From Candidatus Doudnabacteria bacterium (lineage in GTDB: Bacteria; Patescibacteriota; Doudnabacteria; UBA920), in the NCBI GenBank assembly GCA_003151625.1, contig PLYC01000010.1, forward strand, positions 133,515 through 197,514: a DNA stretch of 64,000 nucleotides. Direction: 5' to 3'. Both the position numbers and the translations under genes were made by a program. Below the pieces are notes generated by a model that did no database searches, had not been told where the DNA came from, and saw only the letters and a list, made by a program, of their open reading frames with translations. Positions 19,599 to 28,774 of the stretch are shown one piece after another; position 1 is the first letter of the stretch, and each line of letters opens with the position of its first letter.

Positions 19599-19673
19599 TG
19601 GGGTGTCGCCAAGCGGTAAGGCAGGGGCCTTTGAAGCCCCCATTCGTAGGTCCGAATCCTACCACCCCAGCCA
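19599..19673 (+). tRNA. tRNA-Gln(UUG), intact
   Basis: TGGGGTG/CACCCCA acceptor, GGGGC-CTTTGAA-GCCCC anticodon arm, encoded CCA; T-loop TCCGAAT. Confidence 0.93.
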
Positions 19674-19694
19674 TTAGTAAATAATTTATAAAGC

Positions 19695-19845
19695 ATTGGC
19701 GTCGCTCGTCTCGGCTTCGCCGAGCCGAAGTCGGACCAAGCAGCCCGTCTCGGCCGAGGCTATCCGAATTAGCCGAGCCGAGGTCGGATAAGGCAGGGGC
19801 CTTTGAAGCCCCCATTCGTAGGTTCGAATCCTACCGCCCCAGCCA
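19695..19845 (+). pseudogene. tRNA-Gln(UUG) copy with two hairpin insertions in the D-arm and an intact 3' half
   Basis: Inserts at about 19705-19735 and 19744-19788; TAAGGCAGGGGCCTTTGAAGCCCC...GGTTCGAATCCTACCGCCCCAGCCA. Confidence 0.8.
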
Positions 19846-19909
19846 ACAACTCTCTCATAATACCGGAGACCGAAGAGTATCAGCGTTTCAAGAGACAGTC
19901 AATGATTTT

Positions 19910-20584
19910 ATGCCGTCAGATAAATTCGAAAAAACAATAGCTGCAATAGTCTGCTGCTACAACGAGGCTCGAACGATTGAACGAGTAATATCCGATTTAC
20001 TCAAAATCCCATTTTTATCGCAAATTATTGTTGTGGATGATGGTTCCTCTGACAATAGCCGGCAAATATTACAAAAATATAAAGAAGAAGTTACTATTCT
20101 TTTCAATGCATCTAATAAAGGAAAAGGTTGTAGTGTTGCCCGTGCATTGGAGATTGCAAATTGCGATATCATCCTACTATTAGACGCTGACATCATTAAC
20201 TATACTGCTGCTGATTTAAAGTTGCTTGTAGAGCCAGTTATGCAGTGGAAGTTCGACTTTAGTGTAAAAGTTCCTGATAGTTATTTTTTTCTTTATGTAA
20301 ACGTTAGCGGAATCCGATGTTATTGGCGTAAAGATTTATTGCCTCTTGCTACCGCTTTTACGCGAACCAGCAAATACGGTATAGAGTTGTTTTTAAACAA
20401 AGCAATGCGGCAAAAAAGCGGGGTATTTATAAAACTAAGCGATTACCGGCACACTGATAAATTCCAGAAGTATCCTTTTTTCAGAGCTGTTTGGGAATAT
20501 GGCAAAGAGGCCGGGAGCCTATTGTATCAGATAATTCTTACTTCCGACCGAGGGGCGTTATACAGTATTAAAAAGAATCCCTAA
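19910..20584 (+). CDS. Glycosyltransferase family 2
   Basis: CCYNEA, VVDDGSSD, NKGKG, LLDAD. Confidence 0.9.
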   Translation: MPSDKFEKTIAAIVCCYNEARTIERVISDLLKIPFLSQIIVVDDGSSDNSRQILQKYKEEVTILFNASNKGKGCSVARALEIANCDIILLLDADIINYTAADLKLLVEPVMQWKFDFSVKVPDSYFFLYVNVSGIRCYWRKDLLPLATAFTRTSKYGIELFLNKAMRQKSGVFIKLSDYRHTDKFQKYPFFRAVWEYGKEAGSLLYQIILTSDRGALYSIKKNP

Positions 20585-20649
20585 AAACCCTTTGAAGGCC
20601 GCTAAAATGGTGGTTCTAAACCGGGTTACACAGCCAGTAATTTTATAAA

Positions 20650-21141
20650 ATGGAAGCTACTCAAAATTCATTACCCGAAATTGCCATTAGGGAATATAGA
20701 CTCGATGACTCTTTACAAATAAAAGAGTGTTTGCTTGTATTGCAGGATTTTGTTCACCTTTTGGAGCCAAAAATTGTTGCCACCGGCTCAAAGGTTTTTG
20801 ACAGTTATTTTGAATATTTGATAAATGAAATAAATAAAAAGGATGGTAAAATTTTTGTTGTTGAATCAAGGAATGCAATTGTTGGTTTTGTTGGATTATT
20901 TGTTACACAGGAAGAATGGGAATCGGAAAAATCTTTGTACATTTCCGATCTTGTCGTGTTAGAAAAATACCGTGGTCTAGGCTTAGGAACTAAACTTTTG
21001 GAATATGTTGAAGATTATGCAAAACAACAGGGTGCAAAATTCATAAAAATCGGGGCGCTCGAAAAAAATCACGGCGCACTAGATTTGTATCGCAAAATGG
21101 GTTTTGCTGATTATTTGGTTGTCTTGCTAAAAACGCTATAA
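20650..21141 (+). CDS. GNAT N-acetyltransferase
   Basis: LVVLEKYRGLGLGTKLL, N.GAL.LYRKMGF. Confidence 0.92.
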   Translation: MEATQNSLPEIAIREYRLDDSLQIKECLLVLQDFVHLLEPKIVATGSKVFDSYFEYLINEINKKDGKIFVVESRNAIVGFVGLFVTQEEWESEKSLYISDLVVLEKYRGLGLGTKLLEYVEDYAKQQGAKFIKIGALEKNHGALDLYRKMGFADYLVVLLKTL

Positions 21142-21282
21142 TTTTATAACAAAATTGTTCTAATTTGGTCAAATAAAGCCAGCCAACGTTTTTCACCAAT
21201 GTTTATTGGTGATTTTTTGTAAGGCCATATAGTACTTTGGAACCGTGGTATAATAAACTTGTTGACTAATTAAAATGTAATT

Positions 21283-21708
21283 ATGCAAACAAACAATTTT
21301 TGGATTTTGGTTTTAATAATTTTATTTATCGTTGCCTATTATTACGGAGGCGCATATTTGATTTATTCTCGGATGAAAGCAAGGAATGACAAAATGGAGA
21401 AACTGGCCTTGGAGTATGGCTTAAAGTTTGAAAATAAAATGCCTCCTTATAATCGGTCGCACTACAGAAACTTTAAGCAGTTAGTCGCCAACTGGGTATC
21501 TGGTAATATAGGCCAGCACTCTATCGAAATCAGCGATGTATATCACGACGAGCTACACCAGGACTTGAAAGATTACTTAAGATTTACACGCACTATCTTT
21601 AAAATCGACGACAAAGAAAAAATGGAAATTAAAGACCAATTGACTCTCCGCTCCTCAAGATTGACCACAATCAATGAACTTCGTTCAGATTTAAAAAAGT
21701 TGTTTTAG
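21283..21708 (+). CDS. Hypothetical protein with N-terminal TM
   Basis: ORF preceded by TGGTATAAT extended -10. Confidence 0.65.
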   Translation: MQTNNFWILVLIILFIVAYYYGGAYLIYSRMKARNDKMEKLALEYGLKFENKMPPYNRSHYRNFKQLVANWVSGNIGQHSIEISDVYHDELHQDLKDYLRFTRTIFKIDDKEKMEIKDQLTLRSSRLTTINELRSDLKKLF

Positions 21709-21918
21709 GAAGCAAGCAGTCGCATCTTTGCTCAATTTTTGTTCGAACATCGTCCCACAGCCCCAGCCAACAATTTTGGTTCCTACAGACCTACCAACCC
21801 TGAACCAAAGTTACAAGTCTTAAGAAAATAAGAGCATGGATTTTGCATCCATGCTCTTATTTTTTTCTACATTCAGTAAAAATATGCTAAAATAAGGTCA
21901 TAATTTCAATAGAATTCT

Positions 21919-22914
21919 ATGAACAAAATATATCCGGAAAAATTAAAAGTTGGAGATGAAGTTAGAATTATAGCGCCTTCAAGATCGCTCGGCATTATCT
22001 CAAATAATTTAAGAGAGATAGCCAACCGCCGATTTAGGGATTTAGGGCTTAAAGTCAGTTTTGGCAAGCATGTTGAAGAAAAAGACGAGCTTGATTCTTC
22101 CGGTATAGAATCTCGCATTGAGGACTTGCATGAAGCGTTTGCCGACAAAAACATCAAAGCAATTTTTACCGTCATTGGCGGGTATAATTCCAACCAGTTG
22201 TTGAAGCATATTGATTGGCAATTGATAAAAAATAACCCAAAAATACTTTGTGGCTATTCTGATATTACAATCTTAAATAATGCTATTTACGCCAAGACCG
22301 GATTGATAAGCTACTACGGCCCGCATTATTCCACTTTCGGGCAGGAAAAGCACTTTGACTATACTTTGGATTACTGTAAAAAATGTTTGTTTTCTGACGA
22401 ACCGTTTGAAATTAAACCCAGCGAAAATTGGAGTGATGATTTTTGGTTTAAAGATCAAAACAACCGCACCTTCATTCCTAACGAAGGGTGGTTGGCAGTA
22501 AACGAAGGCGAAGCTGAGGGAACTATCCTCGGAGGTAATCTTTGCACTTTTAATTTGATACAAGGCACGGAATTTTTTCCAGATTTGAACGACAGTATTT
22601 TATGTTTGGAAGACGATGATTTACCAAAAGAAAATTCCGCTGTGGAATTTGACCGCAATCTGCAATCCTTAATTCAGCAACCAAATTTTGAAAAAGTCCA
22701 AGGTTTGGTCATTGGCAGATTCCAAAAAGGCAGCCAAATTACGAACGAAAAGATAAAACAAATTATAAAATCAAAAAAAGAGCTGGCTAATATGCCCATA
22801 ATTGCCAATGTCGATTTTGGCCACACCGATCCCAAAATAACCCTTCCAATTGGCGGAGAAATTCAGATTAAAGCGCATTTTCAGAATTCCCAAATAAACA
22901 TAACTAAACATTAA
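21919..22914 (+). CDS. S66 peptidase (MccF/LD-carboxypeptidase family)
   Basis: IIAPS, IGGYNS, GYSDIT (Ser), GGNL, LEDD, DFGHTDP (His); Trp-containing loop WSDDFW. Confidence 0.92.
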   Translation: MNKIYPEKLKVGDEVRIIAPSRSLGIISNNLREIANRRFRDLGLKVSFGKHVEEKDELDSSGIESRIEDLHEAFADKNIKAIFTVIGGYNSNQLLKHIDWQLIKNNPKILCGYSDITILNNAIYAKTGLISYYGPHYSTFGQEKHFDYTLDYCKKCLFSDEPFEIKPSENWSDDFWFKDQNNRTFIPNEGWLAVNEGEAEGTILGGNLCTFNLIQGTEFFPDLNDSILCLEDDDLPKENSAVEFDRNLQSLIQQPNFEKVQGLVIGRFQKGSQITNEKIKQIIKSKKELANMPIIANVDFGHTDPKITLPIGGEIQIKAHFQNSQINITKH

Positions 22915-23055
22915 AGTTACCATTCAAGCAAAAAAATAAGGGCATGGACAAAAAATCCAAGCTCTTTTTTATCTAATGTTATTCCAAGTCTTTAAAATAT
23001 AGGACAATAGGGGTCGACGAGAGCCGGCCCCTATTTGGTTTGAGCGCCATTGCGC

Positions 23056-23508
23056 TCAGTTGATGGTGACGGGACGCAGCTCGAGGGGTTCCTGTTCGTA
23101 GGGAACGAAGAACGCTTTGGATCCCGCCACAGCTACGCCCTTTCCGGAAGTCCCGTCCGCCAAGGCGAGACCGATGTTGCAGCGGCAGCCTAATCCTGGA
23201 GTGGTGATGAGTTCGTGATACTGCTGAAAGGCCTCGCTCCACCTCTCCAGGACGATATGGTGACCGTGGTCGTCAGTGTAGACATTGACACCCTCTTCGT
23301 GCAGGAGGCGGAGAACGGCGTTCTCCACAACCTTGCCCGAGAAGGGCTTGTCCGCATTGATTACCAGGTGAAACAGGCGGCCGGTCATCCGGGCGCCGTT
23401 CATGATGATGGTTTCTGGGTTGCCGACAACGAACTTCGTATCCGGTTGGCCGGATCGTAAATGCATTGCCAGCGTTTCCGCAATCTGCCCTTGACGTTCT
23501 GTGAACAT
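23056..23508 (-). CDS. Hypothetical protein
   Basis: AAGGAG RBS before ATG; GC-rich block. Confidence 0.55.
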   Translation of the reverse strand: MFTERQGQIAETLAMHLRSGQPDTKFVVGNPETIIMNGARMTGRLFHLVINADKPFSGKVVENAVLRLLHEEGVNVYTDDHGHHIVLERWSEAFQQYHELITTPGLGCRCNIGLALADGTSGKGVAVAGSKAFFVPYEQEPLELRPVTIN

Positions 23509-23544
23509 ACACGCTCCTTGGTTGGTTGTCGGTAACTTTCGGTA

Positions 23545-23754
23545 TTAGGCCGAGTGAACGCAGGTGCCGTCGGAATTGTAGGCATAAACTTCAATGCCGA
23601 CGCCGCGGTTGGTGTGAGCGATGTCATCGATCTCCCGTTGGCTTAACGGTGCGTTGTAGTCGCCAATAAAGAAATCTTCGCCATGCTCGTGCCCGATGAA
23701 ACGGATCTTACCATCCGGAGCCTTGGGCTCCGTATCTGACTTTCGGAATAGCAT
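23545..23754 (-). CDS. Small hypothetical protein
   Basis: GGAGG RBS before ATG. Confidence 0.55.
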   Translation of the reverse strand: MLFRKSDTEPKAPDGKIRFIGHEHGEDFFIGDYNAPLSQREIDDIAHTNRGVGIEVYAYNSDGTCVHSA

Positions 23755-23959
23755 GATTCCTCCCCCTTTGCAAATTTATATCGCACGTTTCAAAACATAT
23801 TTATAAACTCTGTGAACCGTAAAATAATGAAAATACTACTTACTGAGAAAATGATCTTGGTTTGAAATAATTATATACCTATTCAATAAATAAAAACAAC
23901 CTGAAAAAATCAACCCGGCGCGTCCTCCTTTGCGCCGGGCGTGGTTGAAGAACAACAAC

Positions 23960-25285
23960 TTAAACCTCCTGGAGCACCTGCCCCAGGGCATTCCGGACAT
24001 CGGCCTCGAAAGCGGAGCGGCATTCGAGGGCGTGGGTGAGGGTGGCTTCTTTGCCGCTGACGCAGACCACCAACTGGCATCCGCGGAGTTTGGCCTGTTC
24101 TACCGCTCCCGCGGAGGAAAGCGGGTCGTAGCTCAGGTCAACGTTGATGCCAGCATTGCGAAGCTGCTGGGCGAATCGGAAAGCCATGGCTGTACTGTCG
24201 TTATTGCCGCAGTACGCTACCAGGACTTTATCCGGAAGGACAAGCTCGGATTTGAGCATGTCCAATTCCTTCATGACTGCAAGGATGCGGTCGAGGCCGA
24301 AGGCCATGCCGACCGCCGGTTCAGGCGGAGCGCCGAAAGCGCCCACCAGATTGTCGAATCGGCCACCGCCGAGTACCGCGCCGATTGGCACGCCGGGAAT
24401 CACTCCTTCCAGAATGAAACCGGTGTAATAGTCGGCGCCGCGAGCCAACGTAAGGTCGATTCTGACGTGAGATAGCACTTCGTCGGGCAGATAAGAGAAA
24501 ATCTCCCGGAGCTCAGCGATGCCGGTTAATCCGGCCGGCTGGTCGTGAAGATTGTCTTGAAGGTGTTGAAGCATGTCTTCGAGCGAGCCGGAAATAGCGA
24601 TGACGCCCATAATGCTTTCTATCAGGGCGCTGCCAACCCGGCGGCGTTTCAGGTCTTCGCGAATCCCTTCCAGGCCTGCCTTGGTCACCTTGTCGGCGTA
24701 ATCCATAGCGCGTTGCACCTTGAGGATGCCGTCTTTGCCGGTGATACCGGCGCGGGCAGCAATGGCCTGGATGATCATGCGATGATTGACGCGGATGACG
24801 AACTGCCGGAAACCGAGGTCGCAAAGGCCGCGGTATGCTACGGAGATAATATCAGCGTCAGCCAGAAGGCTGGAAGCGCCAATGATGTCCCCATCGCATT
24901 GCATAAACTCGCGGAAGTGCCCCTTGTCCGGTTTGTCATCGCGAAACACATAGCCGAACTGATACCGCTTGTAGGGGCGGGGCAGGTCGGGGTGCATGCT
25001 GGCTACGCGAGCCAGCGGTACCGTTAGGTCGTAGCGGAGAACGAGACGGTGTTTCTTGTTGTCTCCCAGGCGGAAGATGAGCTTCTCGCCCTCGCCGTGG
25101 TGGCCGTCAAATACGACCTCGTTCTCGATGGTGGGGGTATCGTGGGGAGTGAAACCGCTCTTCTCGTAGACAGAACGGAGAATACGGATAACGTAATCAC
25201 GCACCCGCATTCCAAGCCCCAGCTTGTCAGTAGTGCCCGGAGGGACGGCGTTCTTAAGCCGAGACCGGGTCTGTGGATGACCCAT
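23960..25285 (-). CDS. Divergent histidyl-tRNA synthetase paralog
   Basis: LRYDLTVPLAR, FRDDKPDKGHFREFMQCDGD, LARGADYYTG, GGGRFD, AFGLDRI; eroded C-terminal domain. Confidence 0.85.
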   Translation of the reverse strand: MGHPQTRSRLKNAVPPGTTDKLGLGMRVRDYVIRILRSVYEKSGFTPHDTPTIENEVVFDGHHGEGEKLIFRLGDNKKHRLVLRYDLTVPLARVASMHPDLPRPYKRYQFGYVFRDDKPDKGHFREFMQCDGDIIGASSLLADADIISVAYRGLCDLGFRQFVIRVNHRMIIQAIAARAGITGKDGILKVQRAMDYADKVTKAGLEGIREDLKRRRVGSALIESIMGVIAISGSLEDMLQHLQDNLHDQPAGLTGIAELREIFSYLPDEVLSHVRIDLTLARGADYYTGFILEGVIPGVPIGAVLGGGRFDNLVGAFGAPPEPAVGMAFGLDRILAVMKELDMLKSELVLPDKVLVAYCGNNDSTAMAFRFAQQLRNAGINVDLSYDPLSSAGAVEQAKLRGCQLVVCVSGKEATLTHALECRSAFEADVRNALGQVLQEV

Positions 25286-26621
25286 TGTTTGCGCTCTCCT
25301 TGGCGCGGATGAGGCTAATAGCCTCTTTGGTGCTCACGTTGCTGGTTTGTCCTGTGGACATATCCTTGAGGGAAACATAGCCGCCGGCGACTTCGTCGTC
25401 GCCGATCACGATGATGAAAGGAATTCCCAGCCGGCTGGCGTAGGTTACCTTTTTTTTCAGCTTGGCATCATCGAAGTATACGGCCGTAGGTATGCCGCCT
25501 TCGCGCAACTCGGTAGCTGCCTGCAAAGGAACGCGGAGATCGGAAGTTTGCGGAATGACCAGCACTATAGCGGGCGTTGCGGATTTGGGAGTAATGATGC
25601 CCGCTTCGCGAAGCTGGTAAAACAGCCTGGTCAGGCCAATGGAAATTCCGACGCCGGGCAACTGTTTGTTGGTATAGTACCCAGCCAGGTCGTCGTAACG
25701 TCCGCCCGAACAGACACTGCCGATGCCGGGGTAGTCATTCAGCACCGTTTCGTACACGGTGCCCGTGTAATAGTCGAGGCCGCGGGCGATTGTCAGGTCA
25801 ATAGCGTAATTCTGCCCGGGAACCCCAAGCGCCGAGACGTAGGAAATTACCTTCTCCAATTCGTCGACGCCGGTATGGAAAGTGCCGTTGCTGATCTGCA
25901 TCTGCTTGAGCTGGGAGAGGATGGCGGCCGTGTCGCCTGTCAATCCGATGAACGCAAGAACTTCGCGCGCCGCATTGGGTGGCGCTCCTAGACCGGCCAA
26001 CTCCTGCTGAACTGCTTCCTGCCCGGCTTTCTCCAGCCTGTCGACCGAACGGAGGATGTCCGCGGCCTGGCTGGCAAGTCCGAGCGATTCGAAGAAGCCG
26101 TTCAGAATCTTGCGATTGTTGATTTTGATGGTGAAGCGGGAAAAGCCGAGCGCCGTAAAGGTTGCGTAGATGACGCTGGGAATTTCCGCGTCGTTTAGCA
26201 AACTCAAAGCGCCGTCGCCGATGATGTCGATGTCGCACTGGTAGAATTCCCGGAAACGGCCTCTCTGCGGCCGCTCTCCGCGGAACACTTTTCCGATGTG
26301 GTAGCGCCGGAAAGGAAACGCGAGGTCCGGATAGTGCTGCGCTACATAGCGGGCCAACGGAACCGTGAGATCAAACCTCAAGGCCAAATCGCTGTCGCCC
26401 TTGGTGAAGCGGTAAATCTGCTTTTCGGTCTCACCGCCCGCCTTGGCCAAAAGCACTTCGGCCAATTCGATGACGGGGGTATCTAGCGGAATGAACCCGA
26501 ACCGTTCATAGCTTTTCTGGATTACTCCCAACATGCCGTTGAACAGCATTTGGTCTGCCGGGAGCAGTTCCATAAAGCCGGAAAGGATCCGGGGGGTGAC
26601 TTTACTTGGATTGTTGTTCAT
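25254..26621 (-). CDS. hisS: Histidyl-tRNA synthetase (second copy, canonical motifs)
   Basis: LRFDLTVPLARY, FRGERPQRGRFREFYQCDID, RGLDYYTG, GGRYD, anticodon-binding domain. Confidence 0.93.
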   Translation of the reverse strand: MNNNPSKVTPRILSGFMELLPADQMLFNGMLGVIQKSYERFGFIPLDTPVIELAEVLLAKAGGETEKQIYRFTKGDSDLALRFDLTVPLARYVAQHYPDLAFPFRRYHIGKVFRGERPQRGRFREFYQCDIDIIGDGALSLLNDAEIPSVIYATFTALGFSRFTIKINNRKILNGFFESLGLASQAADILRSVDRLEKAGQEAVQQELAGLGAPPNAAREVLAFIGLTGDTAAILSQLKQMQISNGTFHTGVDELEKVISYVSALGVPGQNYAIDLTIARGLDYYTGTVYETVLNDYPGIGSVCSGGRYDDLAGYYTNKQLPGVGISIGLTRLFYQLREAGIITPKSATPAIVLVIPQTSDLRVPLQAATELREGGIPTAVYFDDAKLKKKVTYASRLGIPFIIVIGDDEVAGGYVSLKDMSTGQTSNVSTKEAISLIRAKESANNGSSTDPVSA

Positions 26622-26874
26622 AATATTTGATCAATCCTCCTGCATGGTACAAACTACGGAATGACTGGCTCCATAATTCTGCCAATCGATGGTAAAGAAC
26701 AAACAAGCTCATCCTTATTGCACGGATAAACTTATCGTATTACTATAAATCAATTTAGCTTATATTGTCAAGGAGATTGGGTTTGGCCAGAGAAGCCCCT
26801 GACAAAATTTTTTAACTTGATTTTATTGGATAAATAATATATATAAAAGTCGAGTGAACTGTAAAAAAAGATAT

Positions 26875-26903
26875 CCGGGCAGCTCCTAAGAGGAACTGCC
26901 CGG
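26875..26903 (-). terminator. Hairpin downstream of the ammonia-lyase gene
   Basis: ccgggcagctcc-taaga-ggaactgcccgg followed by a T-run on the minus strand. Confidence 0.6.
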
Positions 26904-26933
26904 AAGATAAAACCTTTGCCAAACGGCTCGGGT

Positions 26934-28589
26934 CTAAGTGGTCAACGCGTTGCAGGCTGACTGCATCAGACTTCCGTCTGCCAGCATGCCCTCGACTGCG
27001 TCCAACTCGGCCTTGAGATACCGGTCATCAAACCAGGTCTGGTGGCCTTTTGCCGTTTCCTTCTGGAATACGCCGCGGATGTGGCCGTAAGCCTCGCTCG
27101 TTCCGAGCCCGAGCTGCTGGAGGTTTTCCGGCAGCAAATGCTGAGTGAGGGTGATCCCTTGCGACGCCATGAACAGTTCGGCGGCAAGCACGCGACGGAT
27201 GATCGGCAGCATGGAGCGAACTTTGAGAGCGCTGTTCATTCCCATGCTCACCCAGTCTTCCTGGTCTGCCGAGGTCGTGATCGAATGAGTCGAGCAGGGA
27301 TTGGCCAGAAGCGCAATCTGATTCACCAAGGAGGCAACCCCATATTGCACGATCATCAGGCCGGTATTGGCCGTATTGGGACCGGCAAGATCCGCAGGCA
27401 AACCGTAGCTTAACCTGGGAGTAGTCAGAGCGAAACCTCGCCGGTCACTGGCGCCGGCAAGCGGCGTCAGGGCTATTGCGAGGTAATCCAGCGGCGCCGC
27501 CAAAGGCTGACCGTGAAAATTGCCGCCTGAAATGGCTATGTATTGCGCGCCGTTCTCATCATCCTCGAACACCAGAGGATTGTCGGTTGCCGAGTTGAGT
27601 TCGACTTCGAGAATCGATTCCAGATGAGAAAGTGCTTGGTATGCCGCCGCATGAATCTGGGGCGCACAGCGGAACGAGTAAGCGTCCTGAACGCGGGGAA
27701 CCTGCTTGCCGTGGCTAAACTTCTTCTGTTCGTCCGGAAAGGCTACGGATCTGGCTTCTTCCGTAATTCTCCTGGATCCTTCGGTAAACTTCCTGATGCG
27801 CGCCGCGGAATGAACCTGACCGGGTAATGGCCTGGCTTCATGGATGCGGGCATCGAAAGCGTTCTGTTCTCCGCGAATAGCCTCTAAAGACAAGGCCGTA
27901 GCGAGGTCGGCGGTTTCCAAGAGAATCCAGCCGTCCACTACCGCAAGACACGCAATTGCCGCAATGAAGTTGGCGCCGTTTGTCAGTGCCATGGCTTCTT
28001 TGGCCGCAAGCGTGAGGGGTTTGAGGCCGTGGTTTTCAAGAACTGTTCTGGCCGGTTGAATTTCGCCCGCCACGAACATTTGACCTTCCTCAAGGCCGAT
28101 TATGCCCGCGGACATGTGAGCCAAGGGAATTAAATCTCCCGAGGCGCCCACCGATCCGAACTCAGGGACTACCGGGGTAAGCCCCAAATTCAGGCAATCG
28201 CGGAGCCTTTCAATCAGGCAAGGTCGCACGCCGGAGTGACCCTTCAAAAAGTTGTTCAGCCGAACAAGCATGGCTGCTCGGGTGACTTCGGGTGAAAGCG
28301 GGTTCCCATAGCCGCAGCAATGGGCCGGGATATAACGCATCTGGTAATCGGACAGTTCGTCCGACGGCAACACTTGGTTCTTGCGGGAGCCACAGCCGGT
28401 ATTGACACCGTACATGATGTCTCCACGGATAGCGGCGGCTTCGAGTCCTTGACGGAAACGTTCGATTTTCGCAAACGTCTCGGGGTTGATCTGAACCTCG
28501 TGATGATGTCTGGCCACGGCTATAACCTGTTCAGTGGTTAAGCTGTGACCGTCTACCTCCACGATTCTCTGCGTAAGCATAGATTTCAC
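26934..28589 (-). CDS. hutH: MIO-dependent aromatic amino acid lyase, histidine ammonia-lyase-like
   Basis: YGVNTG, GSVGASGDL (MIO-forming ASG), QDAYSFRCAPQ, NSATDNPL, GGNFHG, QEDWVSMG. Confidence 0.85.
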   Translation of the reverse strand: MKSMLTQRIVEVDGHSLTTEQVIAVARHHHEVQINPETFAKIERFRQGLEAAAIRGDIMYGVNTGCGSRKNQVLPSDELSDYQMRYIPAHCCGYGNPLSPEVTRAAMLVRLNNFLKGHSGVRPCLIERLRDCLNLGLTPVVPEFGSVGASGDLIPLAHMSAGIIGLEEGQMFVAGEIQPARTVLENHGLKPLTLAAKEAMALTNGANFIAAIACLAVVDGWILLETADLATALSLEAIRGEQNAFDARIHEARPLPGQVHSAARIRKFTEGSRRITEEARSVAFPDEQKKFSHGKQVPRVQDAYSFRCAPQIHAAAYQALSHLESILEVELNSATDNPLVFEDDENGAQYIAISGGNFHGQPLAAPLDYLAIALTPLAGASDRRGFALTTPRLSYGLPADLAGPNTANTGLMIVQYGVASLVNQIALLANPCSTHSITTSADQEDWVSMGMNSALKVRSMLPIIRRVLAAELFMASQGITLTQHLLPENLQQLGLGTSEAYGHIRGVFQKETAKGHQTWFDDRYLKAELDAVEGMLADGSLMQSACNALTT

Positions 28590-28774
28590 TCCTAAACCGA
28601 GATTTCAACTGTACTGAGACTTAGAACAGACAACCCAAAAATAGGTGCGTTGATGTTATTTTTCCTCCAAATTCAAGGCAAAACAAACAACTCAACCCTT
28701 TGAGCGGTCTGGTCTGTGCTATATGCATATACCTTTTAACACCCTTCTGTCAAGGGCTTAAATAAAAGAGTTTT

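Noticed and set aside
19264-19845. CRISPR array or group I intron at the tRNA-Gln locus
   Set aside because: Only two long repeats, no regular spacers and no cas genes; no space or conserved core for a group I ribozyme
22979-28600. Many overlapping alternative-frame and antisense ORFs in the GC-rich block
   Set aside because: Expected shadows of GC-rich coding sequence, with no recognisable motifs
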